DNA of 63,983 bases, filler included, from Asterionella formosa (Eukaryota): the NCBI GenBank assembly GCA_002256025.1. It is 22 parts of 22 records of this genome, joined end to end, with 100 filler letters (N's around TTAATTAATTAA, not from the genome) between each part and the next. Parts side by side here need not be neighbours in the genome. Positions count along the whole stretch, not along the records: positions 19,231 to 38,347 come from NKIB01003825.1; positions 38,448 to 39,630 come from NKIB01003829.1; positions 39,731 to 40,913 come from NKIB01003830.1; positions 41,014 to 42,196 come from NKIB01003831.1; positions 42,297 to 43,479 come from NKIB01003832.1; positions 43,580 to 44,761 come from NKIB01003833.1; positions 44,862 to 46,043 come from NKIB01003834.1; positions 46,144 to 47,325 come from NKIB01003836.1; 14 more parts are not named here. One strand, written 5' to 3'. Under the pieces are notes generated by a model that was not told the origin of the DNA, ran no database searches, and saw only the letters and a list, made by a program, of their open reading frames with translations. The first letter of the stretch is position 1; the number at the start of each line of letters is the position of its first letter. The translations under genes and the position numbers were made by a program. Below are positions 35,590 through 47,708 of this stretch, one piece after another.

Positions 35590-37620
35590 ATGCAGCAACG
35601 AGGACGACGAGACAGGGTAAGAAATAACGGCGGGAACAGCCATCGCCTCTTCATGAACTCGTTCTATTCTGCGGAAGGGAGCGTAGATTCCGGCGGTAGC
35701 AGCAGCAAGGAAGCACCGAAGAAGTTTACTAGATCTGATAGAGTGCATTCAGCCCCCTTTGCATCTCTCCCGAAAGGAGAATCTTTAAATGATCAGATAC
35801 TGCGATGCGAATCAGCTTCCACGGGCGGTGAAGACGAGGACCAAAGGAAACCAGCGGCTCAAGTCGTGACAGCGATGCATCCGGCGCCACGATCGTCTTG
35901 GCTGGACCGACCAGCACCGTCACGCGCTCAACCCAGAACACGGACAGCATCTGTGCGAATCGAACGACCTAGTCCGAATCACTTTGGTGGAGGTATTCGT
36001 CAACAAGAAGAACAACATGAGCAGCCACAACGCGAACAACGGCAGCAACAACGGCAACAACAGCCGCCACCACAGGACTATCAGAAACAGCGACAAACAC
36101 CACCACCGCAGGAATTTTGGAAGCAACAGCAGTATCAGCCACCACCACCTCCACAGGACAATCAGAAACAGCGGCAACCGCCCCAGGATTTTCGGGAGCA
36201 ACAGCAGTATCAGCAGCCACCACCACGACAGGACAATCAGAAAGAAAAGCAGTATCAGCACCAACGACCACAACAACCGCCGCATGCCCGAGAAAGAGTA
36301 CCGCGACTAAGTTCGTTTTACAGGTCTGCCATGGAAGCTGCCGCAGATATGGGAGAGGACCATAACTCTCAACGTGCTAATACTTCCCGCGACGAAGAGC
36401 TGGCTAAAGAATTAGCAGCTCAGCACGAAAGAGAAGAATTAGAATTGCAATTGAGAGACGAAGCGCTGGCCAGAGAATTGGAGGAATCCTTGAGAATAGA
36501 AGCACTGGAAGCAACAAAACGCGATGAACTTCTAGCGATGGAATTCACAAAGAATGAAGAAAAAGAAGCAAAAAGTTCAACCCAGAAGCAGCAAACGGCT
36601 GACGACGATTTAAAACTTGCAATGAAGATAATGCAAATGGAATCATCTTCGTTTCGACACAGTCCGCAACGGAATAAATTTGATGAAGATGCTGCGTTTG
36701 CTCTCGCATTGGCAGAAACAGAAAACTCGTTACACCCGCCTCACAGCTTGGCTATCCCGGAACAAATGCAAATATTGCAACAAATCAGGCAACAAAAAGA
36801 GCAAATTAAGCAGCAAACAGGGCAAAGGCCGAATCCATTAACACCTCGTACTGCGATGATGGTGGAATCTACTGATCAATATGTTATTTCGCAACGTCTC
36901 GCCATTCAGGAATGGATGGCTCAGCAGGATCAAATGCGTCCACCCGCACGAGACATGTTGCCTTGGAGTGGGGTCGATTGCGGGCCGTCGACCAGATTAC
37001 ATGAGCTCCATACACGGGTTGTTCGTGGCGAGGACGATCCTCCCTTGGGTGCTGGATGGGAGTTTCAGGGACGAAATGTCCAGGAACCACTTCGTTACGA
37101 CCAAGAACAAATATCAGCACTACGACCACTGCCAACCTCTCTGCACAACCCTCCAGGGTACAACCAAGGGCAAATACCAGCTCCACGAGGAACATATGTT
37201 CTCCACCACCATCAGAGCAACATGTCGCAGCTTGACTACAACCTTGAATCGGGATCACATAATTATACACGGGCTGACCAGCCTTACATGGGCACACCAT
37301 CGTACGAGCGTCATGACCGGCCGCAGATGGGCACACCATTACAGCGACAAGGATCTGGATACAGGGGTGATGAATACGTCAACAATCGGACAAGTGCGCA
37401 ACGACCCTCATGGGACAGAAATACTAGAGCGCCTTCAACACCCTTAGAACTTGGTCAAATGGAAACTCGAACCGCCATTGATCAAGGTATGTCCCACGTT
37501 ATTCTGTGTCTGGGATGTGGAAAAAGGTTGTATGCCCCCCTGAACAATGCATTGGTGTTTTGCCCGAATTGTCGAACTGTCAGTCCGGGGCAGACGGCGT
37601 CTAGACGGAGTAACTATTAA
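35590..37620 (+). CDS. Gln/Pro-rich protein (676 aa) with ubiquitin-binding-like helices and a C-terminal C4 zinc ribbon
   Basis: Repeated DEELAKEL / DEALAREL / DELLAMEF / DDLKLAMKI / DAAFALAL helices; C-terminal CLGCGKRL…VFCPNCRTVSP. Confidence 0.85.
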   Translation: MQQRGRRDRVRNNGGNSHRLFMNSFYSAEGSVDSGGSSSKEAPKKFTRSDRVHSAPFASLPKGESLNDQILRCESASTGGEDEDQRKPAAQVVTAMHPAPRSSWLDRPAPSRAQPRTRTASVRIERPSPNHFGGGIRQQEEQHEQPQREQRQQQRQQQPPPQDYQKQRQTPPPQEFWKQQQYQPPPPPQDNQKQRQPPQDFREQQQYQQPPPRQDNQKEKQYQHQRPQQPPHARERVPRLSSFYRSAMEAAADMGEDHNSQRANTSRDEELAKELAAQHEREELELQLRDEALARELEESLRIEALEATKRDELLAMEFTKNEEKEAKSSTQKQQTADDDLKLAMKIMQMESSSFRHSPQRNKFDEDAAFALALAETENSLHPPHSLAIPEQMQILQQIRQQKEQIKQQTGQRPNPLTPRTAMMVESTDQYVISQRLAIQEWMAQQDQMRPPARDMLPWSGVDCGPSTRLHELHTRVVRGEDDPPLGAGWEFQGRNVQEPLRYDQEQISALRPLPTSLHNPPGYNQGQIPAPRGTYVLHHHQSNMSQLDYNLESGSHNYTRADQPYMGTPSYERHDRPQMGTPLQRQGSGYRGDEYVNNRTSAQRPSWDRNTRAPSTPLELGQMETRTAIDQGMSHVILCLGCGKRLYAPLNNALVFCPNCRTVSPGQTASRRSNY

Positions 37621-38468
37621 GGGCGTTTATTTTTTTCTTAATTCATAACAAAGATGGTCACTGCCATAACTGCTTTGACCTTCCTGTTATTGTGCTCAGT
37701 CCTTTCTGTTCTTTACAGTCGTCTACAGTACCGTACGATATAATCTACCATGAAGTTATAGGGGGTGTTGACCGGAATATCTTCAATTCAACTACATCCG
37801 ATGATGAGGACGCTTGAATCATCCATCTCTTGTTATAGTGAGAGAAAGAATTTTACCACATCATGTGATGACGGCGAGAGATCGCGTGGTAAATTGAATA
37901 TTTCATTGCCACTCTTCCCTGATGGGCTGGTAAGTCGAGATATCCGGGCCATATCCTACAAAGTAGGGACCACACTCCTGAGTCAACTTGCAATATCTTT
38001 TGCTATGTTCGATCTACATTCTATCAGTATGTCTACTGGTAGCTTCTAGTCTACTAGACTGTCCTGGCAAGTTCCTGGGTATCTGGGGCATGTTAGGCAG
38101 TCAGCCATCTCCTCTGTATGTTCTATCTATGCATGAATAGTCTACTGGTAGGTATTTATCTATGCGGCTGACTCTAGCACATAAGAAAGCATTGCCCTCT
38201 CTCGACTTACGGGCCTTCCTCACCTGTCACCAAGTGGACCAGGTACCTGGTACTCCAGACTTCCATGGTAGACTGAAAGAGAAAGCCATGCTCTGCTTTT
38301 CTCGCATCAAGAATATAAGGAATATCTAGAAATGTATGATAAAAACTNNNNNNNNNNNNNNNNNNNNNNNNNNNNNNNNNNNNNNNNNNNNTTAATTAAT
38401 TAANNNNNNNNNNNNNNNNNNNNNNNNNNNNNNNNNNNNNNNNNNNNGCCCATCAGATAGTATCATTC

Positions 38469-39602
38469 ATGTCAGCTCGTATCTTCCGTCACGTGATGCT
38501 CTTATTAGTTGTTGTGGTACCTCGTGCCAACTCCTTTGCTGGCATCGACGAAGGATCGCTTGGTAGACGACGATTTTTGAAAACTGCTGGGATTGGCGGT
38601 GCTGCTGCTGCCGCCGGCCTCGCAGGTAAGCGTAGTATTGAGGGTCCTCGGCCGTATGAGCCAGAGCCTGGATCCCTGGTGGGGAAAGTCATGGTAATTA
38701 CCGGAGGAACTGCTGGACTCGGATTGGAGTCAGCCAAGCGATTGGCAGTTGGTGGAGCTACTGTAGTCTTGACATCGAGATCAGACGAGAAGGGCATCAA
38801 AGCAGTTGAATCAGTTCAGGAATACCTGGCAACCAAGGGGGTCATCAACCGCAAAGTTTTCTCGGTTCAATTGGATTTAGATGATTTAGAAAATGTCAAG
38901 ACTTTCCGAGCAAGACTTGAAGCTAGCCCTGCTCTATCTGATGTGAAAAAGATCAATGTTCTCATGTCTAATGCAGGTGTCATGGCCATTCCAGAGCGCC
39001 AACTTACAAAAGATGGTTATGAACGCACCTTCCAATCCAATCATTTGGGACATTTTGCGCTGACAGCGAAGTTATTTCCCATCTTGGCGGATGATGCAAG
39101 AGTGATCAATGTTTCTTCAGATGCGTACATGTTTGCATCCAAAGGTCTGCAACTTGATAACTTGAACGGGGAAGAAGAGTACGGGCCATGGTCAAGTTAT
39201 GGACTGTCCAAGTTGAGTAATATCCTTTTTACGAAAGAACTACAAGAACGAGCTAGTAAATCAGGACGTGCTTTAACAGCTGTGGCGCTTCATCCTGGAG
39301 CTGTTAGAACCGATTTGGCTAGAAATTTGATAGGAGAAGAAAAGTTTGCTGCTATGCAAAAGAATGGTCCAACTGGCATGGATTTTGCCTTGTTATCATT
39401 GCTTTCGTACTTTACAAGGTCGGTCCAGAGTGGAGCATCTACGCAAGTCTATTTGGCTGCAGGAAACGGCGATTTAGTCAAGGGAGAGTACTTTGTCGAC
39501 ATGAAGGCTAAAAGTGTTGGCGAGACTGCTCTTGATATGAACAAAGCCAAGTCATTGTGGGAAATAAGTGAGAAATTGACTGGTATAAATTTTGAAATCT
39601 AG
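38469..39602 (+). CDS. Short-chain dehydrogenase/reductase (retinol dehydrogenase/POR-like subfamily), plastid-targeted
   Basis: TGGTAGLG, NAGVMA, FQSNHLGHFALT, NVSS, YGLSK and LHPGAVRT motifs. N-terminal signal peptide ends ANS-F (ASAF-like). Confidence 0.95.
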   Translation: MSARIFRHVMLLLVVVVPRANSFAGIDEGSLGRRRFLKTAGIGGAAAAAGLAGKRSIEGPRPYEPEPGSLVGKVMVITGGTAGLGLESAKRLAVGGATVVLTSRSDEKGIKAVESVQEYLATKGVINRKVFSVQLDLDDLENVKTFRARLEASPALSDVKKINVLMSNAGVMAIPERQLTKDGYERTFQSNHLGHFALTAKLFPILADDARVINVSSDAYMFASKGLQLDNLNGEEEYGPWSSYGLSKLSNILFTKELQERASKSGRALTAVALHPGAVRTDLARNLIGEEKFAAMQKNGPTGMDFALLSLLSYFTRSVQSGASTQVYLAAGNGDLVKGEYFVDMKAKSVGETALDMNKAKSLWEISEKLTGINFEI

Positions 39603-39730
39603 CTTACTTAGTTGCATCACACCAGAGATANNNNNNNNNNNNNNNNNNNNNNNNNNNNNNNNNNNNNNNNNNNNTTAATTAATTAANNNNNNNNNNNNNN
39701 NNNNNNNNNNNNNNNNNNNNNNNNNNNNNN

Positions 39731-40620
39731 GACGTAGAAAATATTGATGCAAACAAATTCCTAAAAATCAGTACCGGTACACGAAGTCGTGGAAAACAAT
39801 GGTCATATGGTGCATTGAGTATATTCGAATTATCTTTATGCAAATATGATCATCTCAACAATACCAGACGTTCCATATTGAAAGCGTCTTTGATTTTTAC
39901 ACATGTACGACACTTGATATATTTATACATTTACAAAATTTATAACTATATACATGGCAAATATATTTGAAATCGTTCTGTCATGTTAAAAAACAATGCC
40001 TGCTTCATGAAAAGAAATATCGGAGTAAAGCATATGACAAGAAAAGAAAGTTTACGCAATAACGAAAAACAATGTGGCTTCGACACATTGCGCCTTCGAA
40101 GGAAGGAGTATGTTTAAAGTAATGAAGCCATCAATTTGCGTGGTACTTGGATGAAAATCGTTGGGAGGCAGGACAACAACAAATTGTAAACTAGACGCAT
40201 ATTTCCTTTTTTCTCAGTTAAATCAATAGCTCGTTTCGCTTGTTGGGGATCACTAATGTAAAACAAAACAATATTGGTTAGTGCTCTTGTCTTTGGACCT
40301 ATTCACTTCTGATGGAACATAACTGACGGACACGCCACGTTTACCTTCTCTCAAAGTTAAGCTAACGAAAATGAATCGGTAAGATTTATTTGACAACATT
40401 GGAAACCTGAAACTTATTTATTCAAAAATGTCCTGACAATTTACTATTACAGACTTATGCATCACTTGCTTTGATTAGGCTTTGGTGAGTGAAGCAAGCA
40501 AGCAAGAGGATACGATGGAATGGCGTGATGTTGTGTCAGTTTAGCATGTCTAGCTAACAAGTCATTCCTTCTCATTGTTACTGGAACTGCATAGGACAAT
40601 AAAACCAATCAAACAACGGA
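39731..40620 (-). pseudogene. Second copy of the unidentified transposon-associated gene (cf. 5860-6990)
   Basis: Collinear similarity to 5860-6900; no long intact ORF. Confidence 0.4.
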
Positions 40621-41013
40621 ATAGTCGGCGAGTTCAGAATGACACTAACAGCAGGGAGAGAGACGCAACATTAGTAAGGCATTGCTTGGCACAAGATTCA
40701 GAAAAGAGGAAGAAAGGGGGGAGAGAGGAACAATATAGATTGAGCCGAGTAGAGAGAGAAACATTGGGTCGCTGGCACGTAGAATAATAGATAGCATTGT
40801 CAAATTTGATAGATAAATGACGATCCATTTCAATCTATTTTGAATAATGCTTGTGATTAGAATTATGATCATGTTTATGATAGATTTACAATGAAACAAT
40901 TCACATGATAGCANNNNNNNNNNNNNNNNNNNNNNNNNNNNNNNNNNNNNNNNNNNNTTAATTAATTAANNNNNNNNNNNNNNNNNNNNNNNNNNNNNNN
41001 NNNNNNNNNNNNN

Positions 41014-41790
41014 TGAAACCTGACAGAGTGCCTTAATGATTGCCAACACTAACACCCATTCAAACTGATGGGCATTTTCAAGTTCACGGCAAATTCTGCG
41101 GATCTTGTTGGCATAAAGTGAGACACTTTCACCAGGTTCCTTAATTGGAGACAGTTGCTTGAGTTCATCTTTCTTTCGGTTGAATCGCTCAACAGATCCA
41201 CTGCTAACCAGGCGAAGGATGCGCATCCAGGTAACGGCAGCAGAGTCACCTGGTTCCTGACGGAGGTCAAGTTCCTTGAGGAGTGAGGGATCAAGTGTGG
41301 ATTCAAGATACAAGCGAGCAGTTGTGTCATTGTCCTGGTCATATGAATCAAATTTGTTCTTGTAGTACTCAGATTCGTCAAGGACATGGGAAAGGGTGAC
41401 CTGCTCAAAGTCCTTTATGACATTGACCATATTGGTGCCATCACTGAGACTCTTGACATACATGATGGAGTCCATACCTGTGAGTTCAAGATGTGCCAAA
41501 ACCTTAACACCATAGGAGTATAGGTCTAGGTCCTTGCCATCCTTTTTAAACAGAATGAGAGGTGGAGCTGTGCGGTAGTTCCAGTTCCTTGACTGATCAC
41601 TGGACTTAGTTGGACGAGAGCAGTTGGGAGAACGCTTGATGGCTTTGACGTTGGTCAATCCAGTCCAATCTATGTTAGGTTGACCTCCAGTCCATGCAAC
41701 AATTTCGGTTGGACAAATGGTGAGTCCTCCCATAATAGGTTTGTCGATGGTCATGGAATAAGGGAGAGGATCAGGAATATTGCCAGACAT
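41014..41790 (-). CDS. CoDi-like Ty1/copia gag (5' part, truncated by contig end)
   Basis: MGG…AWTGGQP…WTGL, HLELTGMDSIMY, FDSYDQDND and PGESV motifs; intact frame; protein identical to that of 47831-48607. Confidence 0.85.
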
Positions 41791-42070
41791 GATGAGGAAG
41801 GACTATAAAGAAGATTTCCTTGAGTAATAGAAAGGAAAGTGACTGAGATTGTTTTAAACTTGTAGAGGTTGCTTTTATTTCACAGAAAATAAGCGCAATT
41901 GGGCTTGATAACCAGTCAGTATATCACTTGATGATGTAGTGATATATATAAGAGATTGAGTCTTAAATGGAAGGTAATGAAAACTAGAAATTTCCAGAAT
42001 TTTACAGATTGTAGAAGGATCCAAGGTTGTGTAGAACTCAAGTGACAAACTGTGTGAAAGGTCAAGAAGG

Positions 42071-42196
42071 GTGGATCTTGTAGGGATCCAAGGTGGTGGA
42101 TCTTGTAGGGATCCAAGGTGGTGGATCTTGTAGGGATCCAAGGTGGTGGATCTTGTAGGGATCCAAGGTGGTGGATCTTGTAGGGATCCAAGGTGG
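42071..42196 (-). repeat. 25-bp tandem array (~5 units) in the LTR of the Copia element
   Basis: Unit ggatccctacaagatccaccacctt on the minus strand; array runs off the contig end. Confidence 0.95.
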
Positions 42197-42296
42197 NNNN
42201 NNNNNNNNNNNNNNNNNNNNNNNNNNNNNNNNNNNNNNNNTTAATTAATTAANNNNNNNNNNNNNNNNNNNNNNNNNNNNNNNNNNNNNNNNNNNN

Positions 42297-42709
42297 GTTG
42301 AAATTTTCAATTCTCACATGATACTACATCTACTATTTCGATTCAGCATAGAAGGAGATACGAAAATGTGCGTAACAGACTACTGTCCACATAGCTATAG
42401 TTATAGAATGATTCTGATTATAACGCATTTCATTTTCATATCGCTCGCTCGTTTCTGCATTTGGCATACTGTACTTGAATTAACTATTGAACTTGTCCGC
42501 ATCTTTGATTCCATCAAGCAAGAGAGCGAAAGCAAGTGGCTCTTTTCATTGTTGTTTGCTTGTAGGAAGAATTTGATATCTGTATCGTCATTTGCTTGTT
42601 GGAATTGTCCGTTGCCTCAAACTTGCTTGGCGTGTGCGTGCACACACTGTCGACTTGTTTTCAATGGTATGTTGTTCTTGTATTCACTGTTGAACTTGTC
42701 CGCATCTTT
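42297..42709 (+). repeat. Dispersed repeat shared with 59730-60143
   Basis: Near-identical ~410 bp with internal direct repeats (ttgaacttgtccgcatcttt). Confidence 0.9.
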
Positions 42710-45267
42710 TTTACCATCAATAGAGCGACAAGTGGGTCTCTTCATTGTTGTTTGCTCCTGAAAAAGTCGGTGTCCGTGTCCGTGTCATCCTCATCAATAG
42801 AGAGACAAGTTCTTTCGTTGGAAAAATTGGTACCGTATCATCATTCGCTCGTTCGAACCACTGTCCGTTGCCTCAAACCTGATTAGCGTTTGAGTACCGG
42901 TACCCGGTATGTGCACTGTTGCCTTTAGTACATTACAGGCGGAGTGACTTTGCTACTAAATTGCGTGATATAATAATATACCCTGTACCGGTAGCACGAT
43001 GCAGAATGCAGTTGCTTCCCAATCATCTCATCATGATTGATAAGATGATACTGTGATATCATGATAAGGTTACATCGATGCATACATCACCGAAGTATGA
43101 TACGTAATATTGAATAAAGTACATCACATAGCTATGATACACTGATCATAAAATTATGATGATTTTATAAAATGTTTATGATATAATTTTGATCAAAATA
43201 TGATCATGAAAAAATAGTACAATGACAATAAAATACGATAAAATATGTACGCAAGTGTTATCGATACATCACAGAATATAAATCAAGCAATCATAAAGTA
43301 TGTTAATTAATATATATGTTTGTCGTTTAATATATACAGTTAAAGTCAACAGTTAATATGATAGTATTATACAGTGGATAGGATCTAAGTATACGGATGC
43401 GTTGATATGTACATCACTATAATATGATTTGTGATATGGATTGATGCATATCACATACCGGTATCCTCAACAACCAGCCNNNNNNNNNNNNNNNNNNNNN
43501 NNNNNNNNNNNNNNNNNNNNNNNTTAATTAATTAANNNNNNNNNNNNNNNNNNNNNNNNNNNNNNNNNNNNNNNNNNNNATTTTGGGAGAAACTCGTCTC
43601 CTTTTGGTAAAGAACTGAAGTTCAATGTACCCAGAAAGGGAGGCTACAAATCAAAATCTTCATGCATGTGCTTCAACACATCAGTGAAGCAAGCCGCCAA
43701 AATATCTATGGAAGCTTCCCTGTACGCTTCTTGCCTTTAGGTATTGTAGGGAGGATAGCTTGCCTTGTTACAAACTACTGGTACTCCTACTATTCTTCCC
43801 GGAAGAAGTCTATTAGCAACTGTACGAGCAGGTAAAAATACTGCAAGTAGAATAGATAGCTAATACTAGCTACTAGCTAATTGGTATTTTTGAGTGATGG
43901 AAAATATGTAATACTCCAAGTACTAGTATAGTAGTCCTAGGAAGCAGCAGAAGGTCAAGGGAGCTTGCTTCATACTTAATCTTAATGTTTTAACTATACT
44001 GTGAATCAATGACTGTGAATCAATGAAGAGAAAAGTCGTAAGAAACAAATCAAATTGTTTCAGTGATACCTTTGCAGTGATGTTGTGAAAGAAAAAATCA
44101 CAATGAGTGACAAGTCACACACATGTTGAATGCATATATTATGATCACATTGCATGTATATACATACATAGCAATGGAAGGTGAACTATGAAACAAGCTA
44201 GTCTATTCATTACTCCTCCTTGATGCCATGATTACATTCAATAGCGGGACATTCTATTTTGAGAGTGTGAGGTTTGTAGTATTTACCATTCTCCTCCTTG
44301 ATGACATGTTTACTTTCAATGCAAGATTATTCTATTGTGCTGTGGCCTCATGATGTGGAATCTAGATTCGCTATCAACCTGGCTTTATTTCCATTTTTTT
44401 CGCTTGTGCTTGATCTAACGACATGAAATACTGATGGGAATTTGCCCTATATAATTCTGAGGTAGACCTACCGGTACGTGTGTTCAGGTCAGCAGAGGTA
44501 ACAGTGTACCGTCTAAAAAAGGAAGCAATTGACTGTGTGGTGCTACATAGTGTTCGTGAGTTCGTGAACCAAACTACCAGGGTACCAGGTACCGGGTACA
44601 TGATACCAGGTACGAGGATAACAATGTTCACAGTTGTTGAAATGGTCCGTACTCCTTCCCGCGGGTTGGGTCTCTCTTCACGTAGACTCTTACGTGATCG
44701 TAGTACTACCTAGTACCACTTACTTTCTCTCTTGTCTCTGCTTCTAGCCTTCCTGCTAGATNNNNNNNNNNNNNNNNNNNNNNNNNNNNNNNNNNNNNNN
44801 NNNNNTTAATTAATTAANNNNNNNNNNNNNNNNNNNNNNNNNNNNNNNNNNNNNNNNNNNNAATGTTTATGGTTGTGTCAATTTGGTGCATGAGGATGGC
44901 GAAAAATCTTTTCACTGTCATTTTTTGGCCGATTCATAGCTAACTTCTTGGCATATGTACCATACGTTACTTGAGTTGCATTTTGCAAGGATTTATCCTC
45001 TAAAACAATTTTATCTTGAACTTTTAAAATATTTAGTTGTTACATGAACTAGTTTTGTCTTGGAAATCACTGTATGATTCTGAACCATCACATGAAAAAA
45101 TAGAAGAGAAGTCTTGTTCATTATCATAGTTCATATAATTTACGTGAAGTGCTCAATTATAAACTGTAGATTTTCCATGCATGAAATAAGACACCACAAA
45201 TATCCTTTCTATTTCACAAATAACAATGAGTGTAGTAAATGAACTAGCCACAAGAGCAGGGTATTAG

Positions 45268-45403
45268 TTGAACTTTGAAATGACTTATTTGAAACATCAA
45301 CTAATTCAGTCTCGAGTTCAAAGTTCATTGTTAAAACTTCACGTGAAACCGTTAAAAGTAACCTCTTTTACGGGAAGAGTGGCATTAATTCATGTCAAGT
45401 ACC
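45268..45403 (+). repeat. Diverged partial copy of the 188-bp subterminal unit
   Basis: ttatttgaaacatcaactaattcagtctcg…gtgaaaccgttaaaagtaa…gaagagtggcattaat. Confidence 0.8.
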
Positions 45404-46143
45404 CCCCAGCTTAAACCAAAATAGGAAAATGGAAGAGAGTTTATCCAATTCTAGAATACTAATATACAAATGCATTGTCATGTAGTTTTTGATGGGTAGC
45501 ACTAGGTGAATGTAGTCTGCAGATATGTGTCTACTGGCATGTTTAGCGATATGATAGAGTCTCCATATTTCAAAATATATGAGCTATAGTCTATCTACCG
45601 ATACTGTAATCGTCGGAAGCGAGTGAAAAATGAATACCGGTAGCCCAACTAATGTACATTACCGGTACTTCATTTAGCAATATGTATTATGTACAGTATG
45701 GCTGACCCTGGTGCTATCGGTACCCGGTGGTATACACTTTTAATACCTGTAATATACCGGTTTGTGATCGGTATTGGAGTGAGTGGTACCTGGTACCTGG
45801 AACTCCGGGGTACCTGGTACCTGGGACCAGGGACCGGTTCACGGAAAACGAAGCAAAGCAAATGCTCAAAATAATTTCGTTGCTGATTTTTTAATCACAT
45901 GCACCCGCAGTTGGTGTAAACATATGTACCCGGTAGTAGTGGGTAGAGTTAGAAGTACAATGTTGACGATGTAATAAAATATTCCTGGTACCTGGTATCT
46001 GGTGCCCTCTTGACAATGCGATCCATTCTTCATTGCCTTATTTNNNNNNNNNNNNNNNNNNNNNNNNNNNNNNNNNNNNNNNNNNNNTTAATTAATTAAN
46101 NNNNNNNNNNNNNNNNNNNNNNNNNNNNNNNNNNNNNNNNNNN

Positions 46144-46636
46144 TGTCAGCTATAATAACTTCACTGGTACTATTCCTACAGAGATTGGATATTTGACAAT
46201 TCTCACAGATTTTGAAGCAAATTCCAATGATTTCAATGGCACACTTCCTACAGAGATTGGATATTTGACAGTTCTAACAACTTTCTATGTAGACGAAAAC
46301 CAGTTGACTGGTGCACTTCCATCAGAAATTGGCCATTTAACAAATGCCATAGAGTTTTATATTGGGAAAAATAAGTTTACTGGTATAATTCCCTCAGAAA
46401 TTGGTCTCATGTCTGCATTGAGTGAGTTATTTGAGGCTAAATTTATATTTCTTGAATGATTGTGCTAATATTTCACTTTCTTGGCAGCTGTATTATCTCT
46501 TGGAATGAACAATTTTACAGGCACAGTTCCAACAGAAGCATGTAGTATTGCACCTTCAGAAGGAATAGCTGTTTGCCCACCACTGATTTGCAACTGCAGC
46601 AGTTCCTGTAAAAAAAGCTCGACTTGTGCTGGTTAG
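46144..46636 (+). CDS. 3' end of a leucine-rich-repeat (plant-type LRR) protein; intron at 46422-46487
   Basis: 24-aa repeats N.F.G.[IL]P.EIG. A GT-AG intron with a tgctaat branch site restores the frame to a final LRR and a Cys-rich cap (…CPPLICNCSSSC…stop). Confidence 0.88.
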
Positions 46637-46827
46637 TCACCTTAGCTTGGATGATTTGTGAACATGCATACAATTTTTTATCTTGCAGCTGGTGGATTGG
46701 TGGACTAACAAGTATTTGCGGGTATGAACTCTTGGCAATTATATATTTTTATTTTTTATCTAATAAGAAGCCACATTATGATGGTCCTTCCAATTTTTGG
46801 TCAGAATGTTTATTTTGTGCAATACTA

Positions 46828-47325
46828 CATCTAAGCCTCAAAATACGCCACTTTTCGAAATTTTGTCTACGTATGAGTGTTAATTATGTGGTACTTCACA
46901 TGCATTAATGCCACTCTTCACGTAAAAAAGATTACTTTTAACGGTTTCATGTAAAGTTTTAACTGTTTCATGTGAAGTTTTCACAATGAATTTTGAACAC
47001 GAGACTGAATGAGTTGATGTTTCAAATAATTCATTTGACTTTTCGAAATTTCGTCTACGCACGAGTGTTAATTATGTGGTACTTCACATGCATTAATGCC
47101 ACTCTTCACGTAAAAAAGGTTACTTTTAACGGTTTCATGTGAAGTTTTAACTGTTTCATGTGAAGTTTTCACAATGAATTTTGAATGCGAGACTGAATTA
47201 GTTGATGTTTAAAATAATTCATTTGAAAGTTCAATTGATTTTGTTCAAACAGTTTGTTTTGATGCCGATGACTATGATAATGGTTTATTCCTTGATAGTT
47301 TAGTAGATCATGATGCTGCTGCTAT
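46828..47325 (-). mobile_element. End of CATCTAAG-family transposon with two 188-bp subterminal units
   Basis: ta|CATCTAAG terminus; tandem 188-bp duplication; inserted ~190 bp after the LRR stop codon. Confidence 0.75.
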
Positions 47326-47425
47326 NNNNNNNNNNNNNNNNNNNNNNNNNNNNNNNNNNNNNNNNNNNNTTAATTAATTAANNNNNNNNNNNNNNNNNNN
47401 NNNNNNNNNNNNNNNNNNNNNNNNN

Positions 47426-47551
47426 CCACCTTGGATCCCTACAAGATCCACCACCTTGGATCCCTACAAGATCCACCACCTTGGATCCCTACAAGATCCA
47501 CCACCTTGGATCCCTACAAGATCCACCACCTTGGATCCCTACAAGATCCAC
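47426..47551 (+). repeat. 25-bp tandem array (5 units) in the Copia LTR
   Basis: ggatccc anchors at 47433, 47458, 47483, 47508 and 47533. Confidence 0.95.
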
Positions 47552-47708
47552 CCTTCTTGACCTTTCACACAGTTTGTCACTTGAGTTCTACACAACCTTG
47601 GATCCTTCTACAATCTGTAAAATTCTGGAAATTTCTAGTTTTCATTACCTTCCATTTAAGACTCAATCTCTTATATATATCACTACATCATCAAGTGATA
47701 TACTGACT

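Noticed and set aside
37761..37770. GGGGG-TGTTG resembling a PPT/LTR start
   Set aside because: No pol sequence upstream (it follows a host gene 3' region) and no matching LTR end or second copy was found.
42318..42761. 147-aa ORF repeated at 59649-60143 as a gene family
   Set aside because: Non-protein-like composition, lies in a dispersed repeat, and the copies differ by a frameshift.
47426..47551. CRISPR or telomere-like 25-bp repeats, and the MDPYKIHH… ORFs
   Set aside because: Head-to-tail units with no spacers, upstream of a PBS and gag. The ORFs are by-products of the repeat.
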